A DNA stretch of 64,000 bases, from positions 224,001 to 288,000 of the forward strand of contig CBFGTS010000003.1 in the NCBI GenBank assembly GCA_965652295.1. The letters run 5' to 3'. Position 1 is the stretch's first letter. Each line of letters starts with the position of its first letter. Made by a program: the position numbers and the translations under genes. Of the stretch, positions 8,626 through 16,145 are shown one piece after another. The DNA is from an uncultured Haloferula sp. GTDB taxonomy: Bacteria; Verrucomicrobiota; Verrucomicrobiia; Verrucomicrobiales; Akkermansiaceae. Below the pieces are notes generated by a model. That model had not been told where the DNA came from, ran no database searches, and worked only from the letters and a program-made list of their open reading frames with translations.

Positions 8626-10413
8626 ATGACGCTCCTCGGTTCCATTTCCGTCACATCCGTCGTTCTCGGCGTGCTCCAGGTTCTCGGAGCCCTCGGGGTT
8701 TTCCTGTTCGGCATGAAGGTCATGTCGGAGGCCGTCCAGCGCGTCGCCGGCAAAAGGATGCGGCAGGCGCTTTCCGGTCTTACGGCCAACCGCTTCAGCG
8801 GACTCATGACGGGTTTCGTCACCACCTCCCTGGTCCAGTCCTCCTCCGCCACCACGGTCCTTGTCGTTTCCTTCGTCAATGCCGGCCTGCTGACCCTCAT
8901 CCAGTCGATCGGTGTCATCATGGGTGCCAACCTCGGCACCACGATCACCGCGTGGATCGTCGCCCTGATCGGAAAATTCAGCGTCTCCAGCGTCGCCCTG
9001 CCCCTGATCGGCATCGGCCTGCCCTTCGTCTTCATCGGCAAGGACAAGGCCCGCAGCTGGGGCGAGCTGTTCCTCGGCTTCGGTCTGGTGTTCTTCGGCC
9101 TCGGCCTGCTCAAGGACTCGGTGCCCGACCTCAAGACGATGATGAAGGAGGACCCGACCACCGCCGAAGCCATCCGCCAGGTCGTCACCTGGATGGGCGG
9201 ACGGGCGTTCCTCTCCACCTTGCTCTACTTGATCGGCGGCATCATCCTCACCCTGATGGTCCAGTCCTCCTCCGCCGCCATGGCCATCACCATCACCTGC
9301 GCCCTGAACGGCTGGCTGGGCGATCTGGAAAACCCGCTGGAGGTCTTCCGCAACTCCGCCGCCATCGTTCTCGGCGAAAACATCGGCACCACCGTCACCG
9401 CCTGGCTCGCCGCGCTGGGGGCCAACGTCCACGCCAAACGCGCCGCCCGCGCCCACTTCACCTTCAACGTGATCGGCGTGCTGTGGATGCTCGTCGCCTT
9501 CGTCCCCTTCTCCGCGCTGGTGTGGCGGCTCGCGCAGTCCTTGCCGGAAAGCATGCGCTCCGCCTCGGGCAGCTTCCAGACCTCCGAGATCGCCTTCGCC
9601 ACCGCGATCTTCCACACCTCCTTCAACCTCGTGAACATCGGCCTGCTCGTCTGGTTCGTCCCCCAGATCGCGCGGCTGGTCGAGTGGTGGGTGCGCGACC
9701 AATCACCCAAGGACACCTCGCCCCGGCTCCAGTACATTTCGCAGGGCCTCGTCGATCTCGGGGAGCTGAACATCGCCGAGGCCGAGAATGCCACCCGCCG
9801 GATGAACGTCCTCACCTCCGAGATGTTCGATGGCTTCGTGAACCTTCTCAACAACCCCCAGACCGACCTTTCCACCGAAGTCGCCGCGCTGAAGCAGATG
9901 GAGGACGACTGCGACGAAATGCTCAAGGACATCACCTCCTACCTCATCCAGTGCTCGTCGCACGAGATCGGCCCCGGAAATGCCGGCGAGATCACCTCCA
10001 TGCTGCGCGTCGTTTCCGAGTATGAGGAGGCCACCGACCGCATCTACCGGCTGGTGAAGCTGGTGCAGCGGAAATACGAGAAGGGCCGTCATTTCAGCGA
10101 AGAGCAGCACCGCGAGCTGACCGCCATCTGCTCCCAGGTCCGCGCCATCCTCGACCTCTGCGCCAACGCCCTCTCCGGCGTCTCCGGCGAGATGCTCGAA
10201 AACGCCAACCGCATCGAGGACCGCATCGACCGCCTGCGCAAACAGCACAACAAGGGTGCCGTCCGCCGCATGCAGGCCGGAGCCGAGGTGCAGACCGAAA
10301 TGCTCTACACCGAGACCAACAACCACCTCGAGGCGATCGGCAACCACGCCCTCAACGTCATCGAAAGCTCCGAGCGCTCCGAACACGCCTCCGCCGCCCG
10401 GGCGGACGATTGA
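8626..10413 (+). CDS. Na/Pi cotransporter (NptA/YjbB family) with PhoU domains
   Basis: Two QSSSA repeats, GANLGTT and GENIGTT; helical PhoU-like C-terminus. Confidence 0.92.
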   Translation: MTLLGSISVTSVVLGVLQVLGALGVFLFGMKVMSEAVQRVAGKRMRQALSGLTANRFSGLMTGFVTTSLVQSSSATTVLVVSFVNAGLLTLIQSIGVIMGANLGTTITAWIVALIGKFSVSSVALPLIGIGLPFVFIGKDKARSWGELFLGFGLVFFGLGLLKDSVPDLKTMMKEDPTTAEAIRQVVTWMGGRAFLSTLLYLIGGIILTLMVQSSSAAMAITITCALNGWLGDLENPLEVFRNSAAIVLGENIGTTVTAWLAALGANVHAKRAARAHFTFNVIGVLWMLVAFVPFSALVWRLAQSLPESMRSASGSFQTSEIAFATAIFHTSFNLVNIGLLVWFVPQIARLVEWWVRDQSPKDTSPRLQYISQGLVDLGELNIAEAENATRRMNVLTSEMFDGFVNLLNNPQTDLSTEVAALKQMEDDCDEMLKDITSYLIQCSSHEIGPGNAGEITSMLRVVSEYEEATDRIYRLVKLVQRKYEKGRHFSEEQHRELTAICSQVRAILDLCANALSGVSGEMLENANRIEDRIDRLRKQHNKGAVRRMQAGAEVQTEMLYTETNNHLEAIGNHALNVIESSERSEHASAARADD

Positions 10414-10423
10414 AAAGGAGCAC

Positions 10424-10548
10424 GGGGAGCGCCGGCATCCTGCCGGCAGGGTTTCGCATCCTGCGGAACCCTCCTTCTTTCAAACACTCCTTCTTCCAAG
10501 GTGCCCGGCGGGACGCCGGCCACTGCCGGCTGGAAGCCGGCGCTCCCC
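10424..10548. repeat. REP doublet (REPIN-like), GGAG-hairpin family
   Basis: GGGGAGCGCCGGCATCCTGCCGGCAG (10424-10449) inverted at 10523-10548 (24/26), with internal hairpins. Confidence 0.85.
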
Positions 10549-10619
10549 CCTTCCCTGTTCCATTCATCCCGTTCATTCGCTTGGCAAGAGAGGCTCCCGT
10601 GTTCTAGACCCCGCGCGGA

Positions 10620-11018
10620 ATGCGTTTACAGGACACAATTGAATGGCCGGATGAAGTGGAAGTGCTCGTCGATCGCCTCGAAAGCGAATCGGCCGAGCGA
10701 GCTCTCAGCCGCGAAGAACGCGCCCTGATGGATGTGTATGAGACCGTCCCGGTTCTCGAGAGCGACAACTGCCTACACGAGTTCTGGCAGAGCGGCATGG
10801 ATCACCAGCGGGTGATCAACTCCTTCGACCTCATCGGCGCGACCGGCATCGTCGATCCCCTCAAGGCGAGTCGCTGGTGCGAAACCCGCAGCGAAGACCG
10901 CAACGACTACAGCGAAACCGAAGAGGACTACCTCGCCACCATCGAAGAAGAACTCCCGGCCGGCATGGACGAACTCGTCGATCTCGTGCTTGAGTTCATC
11001 GAGGAAGAGCTGGGGTGA
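10620..11018 (+). CDS. Very acidic small protein, DMP19/DUF4375-like
   Basis: 132 aa, E/D-rich, LHEFW...SFDLIGA pattern; codon usage like host genes. Confidence 0.6.
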   Translation: MRLQDTIEWPDEVEVLVDRLESESAERALSREERALMDVYETVPVLESDNCLHEFWQSGMDHQRVINSFDLIGATGIVDPLKASRWCETRSEDRNDYSETEEDYLATIEEELPAGMDELVDLVLEFIEEELG

Positions 11019-11021
11019 GAA

Positions 11022-11126
11022 GGTAGACGGTAGACGGTAGACGGTAGACGGTAGATGGTAGATGGTAGATGGTAGATGGTAGATCGTAGATCGTAGATCG
11101 TAGATCGTGGATGGCGGATCGTGGAG
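11022..11126. repeat. Heptanucleotide tandem repeat
   Basis: (GGTAGAC)4(GGTAGAT)5(CGTAGAT)3 plus 3 degenerate units between convergent genes. Confidence 0.97.
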
Positions 11127-11140
11127 ACAACAGCCGCTCC

Positions 11141-11986
11141 TTACTCGGCGTTCCGTCCCACTTGGATCAGCGCGACGAAATTCCCACCACCGGTGAGAGG
11201 ATCGGAGGGTTGATGGGCCTCGAAGCGGTCGTTGTCGGTCGGCGACTCGGCGCGGAAGCCGTCGATGGCAATGAAGTCGCCCTCGTTGACGAGGAGAGTT
11301 CCTTTCACCTCCGACCGGCGGAACACGGGCATGTCGATCCGGTTCTCGAAAAGCACCACCTCACGCGGGAAACCCAGAAAACCCTTTTCATGACGTGTGA
11401 TCGGATCGCCGTAGTTGACGAATCCTACAAAGGCGGTGCGGGCGAGAGCGAGGTCGACCACCACCTTTCCTTTCTCCGCCGAGCGGCCCTTGCAGGTCAG
11501 GATGGGACCGAGCACGCGTTCCTCGAATTGGCATGGGGTGGACGGATGGATGACTTCGAGCCGACCCTCCGCATCCGTCCGGGTTTCCGCAGGAAGATAT
11601 TCGGAAGGATACACGAACTCCCTTATGAGCTCGATGTGCGAGGTGTCGCCTGAATCGGAGACGACCGTCACTCCGCCGTCCATGATGGGCTCGAACCCTC
11701 TCCGCCGGGAGAGCGATTTGGCCAAACGGCTTCCCTCCTCCGCCGAATAGACGCCCGAGATCCTGGCCGTGTCGTGTCTTTTCCCGAAGTGGAATCCATC
11801 CGGTGCCCGGAAGTAGTAGGCCGTCAATTTGATCGCCGGCTCCCCTGCCCGTGCGACCTGATGTCTGACATGGGCCCCGGAGGCCACGCCGGTATCCGAC
11901 ACCGAGCACGAAGCCAAGGCCCCGGCAATCAGCAGCCCGACGAGAGATAGAAGGCGGCCTGCTGCCGTCGAGAACCCACTGTGCAT
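11141..11986 (-). CDS. Lipoprotein resembling the C-terminal part of a verrucomicrobial secretin
   Basis: Lipobox LASC; IELIREFVYPSEY, TP..FEER..G, FVGFVNYGDPI, ENRIDMPVF. Confidence 0.6.
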   Translation of the reverse strand: MHSGFSTAAGRLLSLVGLLIAGALASCSVSDTGVASGAHVRHQVARAGEPAIKLTAYYFRAPDGFHFGKRHDTARISGVYSAEEGSRLAKSLSRRRGFEPIMDGGVTVVSDSGDTSHIELIREFVYPSEYLPAETRTDAEGRLEVIHPSTPCQFEERVLGPILTCKGRSAEKGKVVVDLALARTAFVGFVNYGDPITRHEKGFLGFPREVVLFENRIDMPVFRRSEVKGTLLVNEGDFIAIDGFRAESPTDNDRFEAHQPSDPLTGGGNFVALIQVGRNAE

Positions 11987-12061
11987 GTTAGCAGACCATC
12001 GTTTCCTAGCTTTGCTGTCAACCCCGCCCGAACTGCCGGCATCTCCTGCGACCTCAGAATT

Positions 12062-14914
12062 TCACTCCTCCCCGAGCGCCTCGAAGTGCGCCACCGCCGC
12101 CTTCGCCAAGCCCGCCGGATCGTAGCCGCCTTCCAGCACCGAGATCACCCGACCGTCCGCCCAGCGGTTCGCGATCCTCACCACCGCCCTGGTCAGCTCC
12201 GCGAAGTCCTCCGGCACGAGCTTGAAGCCCCCCAGCGGATCGCTCGCCAGTGCATCGAAGCCGGCGGAGACCAGCACCAACGCCGGCCGAAACTTCTCCA
12301 TCGCCGGCACCAGGCGGTCCTCGATTACCGATAAAACCGCTTTCCCATCCGACCCGTGCTTCAGCGGCACATTCATCGTCGTCCCGATCCCGCGGCCCGC
12401 CCCGGTCTCGTCCGCGCCACCGCTGAAGGGAAAAATCCCATCCTCGTGCACCGAGAAATAAAACACATCCGGGTCCGCGAAGAACAGGTCCTGCGTGCCG
12501 TTGCCGTGGTGCACGTCCCAATCGACGATCAACACCCGCGGCACCCCGAACTCCTCCTGCGCGTGCCGCGCCATCAGCGCGATGTGATTGTAGATGCAGA
12601 AGCCCATCCCGCGGTCGGCCGTCGCGTGATGACCCGGCGGCCGCACCGCCACGAAAGCCCGCTTCACCCGCCCGTCCATCCCCGCCGCCACCGCTTCCAG
12701 ACCCGCGCCGGTCGCCAGCATCGCCACCTCCTCGCTTTCCGGACCGATCGCCGTGTCGCCCGTGCGCAGGCGATCGGCGAGGCTTTCAACATCGATGTGC
12801 ACCAGGTCCAGATAGTGCGCCGCATGGCACCGCAGCAGCTCCGCCCGCGTCGCCTTCCGGCCCGGCAAAGCCACGGCATCCATCCGTTTCGCCGACTCCG
12901 CCAGCGCTTCGCCCAGCACCCGGTAACGCTGCGGATTCTCCACCTCGCCCGGTCCGCCATCGTGACGCAGGCAGGTTTCCGACCAATACCAACCCACCGC
13001 CACCCCGACCGGCTTCGTCAAAACGGAGGGCCTTCCGGGTTTCACCAACCTCCGCGCCACCATCGCCACCGGAATCCGGAATTCCAGCTCTCCGTCCTCC
13101 TGCCGCGCCCGACCGCCGAACTTCTCGAACAACCGGATCATCGGCAGATTCGTTGGTAGCACCGAGGCCCAGAACTCCGCGATCCCCCGCTTCTTCGCCA
13201 CCCGCGCCAGCTCGCCGAACAACTCACCCGCCATGCCCATCCGCCGCGTTTCGTCATGCACCACGAAGGCGACCTCCGCACTGCCGTTGTCGTCGCGATA
13301 AAACCGCCCCACCGCCCGCAGCACTGGCTCGCGACCCAGACCGATTTCCTCGAATATCCCCAGCGCCAGATCCCGCGACTGATCCACCCCCACCAGCTTG
13401 AAAGCCGAGTCCGCCGGCATCGACTCCCGCAGGTAGCCATACCGGTTGCGCACCGTTTCCTCACTGTGACTGTAGAAGAACTCCTGCAACCGCCGGATGT
13501 CCGAGGCGTGCAGCGGACGTAGGAAAAACGAGCGATCCCCGCCAAGTCGCAGCCGCCGAAATTCGACCCCCGACTTCACATCGCCCGGAGCCAGGCTCGT
13601 CGGTGCCACCGACACGAACTTCGGAATCCACCCCCGCTCGTGCGCCCCGCGCATCAGCTCCTCGCGGAACTTCGGGTCGGCGATCTGGATCATCTCCAGC
13701 GCCCGCTCGCGCATGCTCTTCCCGCGCAAATTGGCCACCCCGTGCTCGGTAATTACATAATGCACGTCCGTCCGACCGGTCGAAACCACCGTCCCCTCCG
13801 GCGGACTCGCCACGATCCGCGACTTGCTCCCGTCCTCGCTGGTCGAGCGCAGCACATGCACCGGCCGACCGCCCGCACTGCCCGCCGCGCCGCGCAGGAA
13901 ATCGAGCTGCGCCCCGATCCCGCCGTGAAACCGGTGCCCCGCCGCGTCCCGCATCACCTGGCCCGTGATGTCAATCTGCCGCGCCCCGTTCACCGCCACC
14001 ATCTTGTGGTTCATCGCAATGATCCCCGGGTCGTTCACCCAGTCGCTCGTCCGGAACTCCAGCTCCCCGCACTCCGCCACGAACTCATAGAGCCGCTTCG
14101 ATCCCAGCGCGTGGCTCACCACCGCCTTGCCGGTCATGAAATGTTTCCGCGAGTGATCCACCGCGCCGCAGCGGATCAGCTCCATCAGCTCGTCGCACAG
14201 CAACCCACTGTGGATTCCCAGATGCCGGTGGCCCCGCAGGGCGGAAACCGCCGCCCGCGCCGTGGTGCCCAGCCCCACCTGCAGCGTCGAGCCATCATCC
14301 ACCAGCTCCGCCAGATACGCGCCGATCTTTTCCCGCACCGGGTCCCGTCCCACCTTCGGCAACGTCGCCAGCGGCTCCTCCTTCTCGATGAACCAATCGA
14401 TCTTCGACGCGGGCAGGGTCCCATCGCCCCTGGTGAAGGGAATCCGCGGATTCACCTGCGCCACCACCACCCGCGCCGCCTCCACCGCCGCCTTCACCAC
14501 GTCCACGCTGATCCCCAGCGACACCTGCCCGTCCGCATCCGGCGGGCTCACGCTGATCAGCGCCACATCCACCGGCATCACCGTCGAGCTGAAGAACCGC
14601 GGCACCTCCGACATCGAGGCCGGCGTGTAGTCCGCCCGCCCTTCCAGCACCGCATCGCCCAGTTCCGGAGTCAGGAAAAACGAATTCGTCCGCAGGTTCT
14701 CCGCGAACCTTGGGTCCACCCACGGCACCTTCCCCAGCGTATGGATGTGCACCAGCTCCACATCCCGCATCCCCTCCGCCGCCTTCAGGAACCGCCGCAT
14801 CAGCTCCCGCGGCACCGAAGCCCCTCCGCACAAAAACACCCGCGACCCCGGACGCACGATCCGCCCCCACGCCTCGTTGCTTCTTTCCAGCTCCTTCACG
14901 CTCCCATTCTCCAC
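12062..14914 (-). CDS. Fusion: acetyl-CoA hydrolase/CoA-transferase + GNAT acetyltransferase + Zn-dependent deacetylase (HDAC family); start may be the GTG at 14899
   Basis: GRADYTP/LQVGLG/GAQLDFLRGA/YVITEHGVANLRGK; AEVAFVV...GMAGEL...VLPTNLPM; RPPGHHA/GFC/DWDVHHGNGTQ/SAGFD..DPLG/LEGGY; one 950-aa ORF. Confidence 0.9.
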   Translation of the reverse strand: MENGSVKELERSNEAWGRIVRPGSRVFLCGGASVPRELMRRFLKAAEGMRDVELVHIHTLGKVPWVDPRFAENLRTNSFFLTPELGDAVLEGRADYTPASMSEVPRFFSSTVMPVDVALISVSPPDADGQVSLGISVDVVKAAVEAARVVVAQVNPRIPFTRGDGTLPASKIDWFIEKEEPLATLPKVGRDPVREKIGAYLAELVDDGSTLQVGLGTTARAAVSALRGHRHLGIHSGLLCDELMELIRCGAVDHSRKHFMTGKAVVSHALGSKRLYEFVAECGELEFRTSDWVNDPGIIAMNHKMVAVNGARQIDITGQVMRDAAGHRFHGGIGAQLDFLRGAAGSAGGRPVHVLRSTSEDGSKSRIVASPPEGTVVSTGRTDVHYVITEHGVANLRGKSMRERALEMIQIADPKFREELMRGAHERGWIPKFVSVAPTSLAPGDVKSGVEFRRLRLGGDRSFFLRPLHASDIRRLQEFFYSHSEETVRNRYGYLRESMPADSAFKLVGVDQSRDLALGIFEEIGLGREPVLRAVGRFYRDDNGSAEVAFVVHDETRRMGMAGELFGELARVAKKRGIAEFWASVLPTNLPMIRLFEKFGGRARQEDGELEFRIPVAMVARRLVKPGRPSVLTKPVGVAVGWYWSETCLRHDGGPGEVENPQRYRVLGEALAESAKRMDAVALPGRKATRAELLRCHAAHYLDLVHIDVESLADRLRTGDTAIGPESEEVAMLATGAGLEAVAAGMDGRVKRAFVAVRPPGHHATADRGMGFCIYNHIALMARHAQEEFGVPRVLIVDWDVHHGNGTQDLFFADPDVFYFSVHEDGIFPFSGGADETGAGRGIGTTMNVPLKHGSDGKAVLSVIEDRLVPAMEKFRPALVLVSAGFDALASDPLGGFKLVPEDFAELTRAVVRIANRWADGRVISVLEGGYDPAGLAKAAVAHFEALGEE

Positions 14915-14963
14915 ACCTCCCTCCCCTCAACAACCTCCACCTGTGGCTGCATCCCCGAGCCCT

Positions 14964-15211
14964 GGAGCGCCGATTATGAAATCGGCATCATCCATAGGAG
15001 GTGGGACGCCCCGTCCCGCCCCCCCCCCGCAGCCCGCCACCTCTGTTCGTAGTGCGTCCCTTTAGGGCGTCCCTTCGGTCCTGCCGGAGCCACGGAGCGC
15101 CGAATATGAATTCGGCACCGCCCCACCCCATAAGCTTCTTTGCCGCCACGATAGGCAACCCCGCACCCACCGCGTCTGCTAAACGGAGCGCCGGTTTCCA
15201 AACCGGCACCG
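14964..15211 (+). repeat. Cluster of five co-oriented REP-like hairpins
   Basis: GGAGCGCCGATTATGAAATCGGCA (14964), GGAGGTGGGACGCCCCGTCCCGCC (14997), GTAGTGCGTCCCTTTAGGGCG (15049), GGAGCGCCGAATATGAATTCGGCACC (15094), GGAGCGCCGGTTTCCAAACCGGCACC (15185). Confidence 0.75.
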
Positions 15212-15341
15212 CCTTCCGCAGTCTCACTTCCCAAAAGATAGACATCCCCGCATCCCCGACTCCAGCCGATCCAACCTCCGTCGATCCGCAATGCGACGTC
15301 CACCACCACATGCTCGAAGATGACTCCTCCGCCGCCGTCTT

Positions 15342-16145
15342 TCATGAAACCGGTCGGGCTTTCCACTTCCAAAACGCGAATCCCAGCAGCAGCGCCAGCA
15401 ACGCTCCCGCCACCGGAACCCACGGAGTTTCCTCCGGCTCATTCGCTTGATCGACAGCGGGCCGTTCTGACCGCTCGTCCACCGGCCGGCGCGACGTTCT
15501 CGGTGTTGCCAGCACTTCTCCTTGGAAATCGTAACGCTTTTTCGACCCCTTGAAGGAGTAGGTCTGCTTGCCCTCCCTTACCTGGTCCCTCCATTCGAGC
15601 CAAAGATCCATGCGCGTCGAGCTAGGCACCGGAGGATCTTCCAACATGCCCGCCAAGGTGCTGGCGGACGCCTGACCCAAGGTGCCTTCAAGATCGGGAA
15701 GACGTCGTTTATCGTTGTCGCCCAGAAACCCTGCGAGGATATCCACCACTTCCGGAGTGTGAAAATAGCCCAACACAGTAAAGACCTTTTGTCGCTCTGT
15801 TAAGTAATGGTTATAGGCAGGTCCGTTTTCAAGTCCTTCTTCTTTGAGCCTTGAAACATAATCCCGGAAGAAGCCCGGGAATTCAGGTCGTTCGGCAAGG
15901 GCTGTCTCAAGCGCGGGGACTACTTGGGTCTCCATGGCTTTGGAAAACGTCGGGAGTCGGTATTTCCTGTAAAGCATGGCAAGTTCAGGCATGGCTTCCT
16001 CGGCCGGCATTTGGCGGAGTTCATGAATACGCTCCAAAACCGAGGTCTCCCATGCTTGCAACTCTGCCGGGTTGTCAGGAAGACGGGCTGATATTTTTGT
16101 CGAAATCGTGACGATTCCGACCAGCAAAATCATGAAGCATTTCAT
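15342..16145 (-). CDS. Exported protein with C-terminal membrane anchor
   Basis: Signal peptide; C-terminal PWVPVAGALLALLLGFAFWKWKAR; ATG directly abuts the upstream stop. Confidence 0.75.
   Translation of the reverse strand: MKCFMILLVGIVTISTKISARLPDNPAELQAWETSVLERIHELRQMPAEEAMPELAMLYRKYRLPTFSKAMETQVVPALETALAERPEFPGFFRDYVSRLKEEGLENGPAYNHYLTERQKVFTVLGYFHTPEVVDILAGFLGDNDKRRLPDLEGTLGQASASTLAGMLEDPPVPSSTRMDLWLEWRDQVREGKQTYSFKGSKKRYDFQGEVLATPRTSRRPVDERSERPAVDQANEPEETPWVPVAGALLALLLGFAFWKWKARPVS

Noticed and set aside
11022..11126. CRISPR array
   Set aside because: Contiguous 7-mers without spacers.
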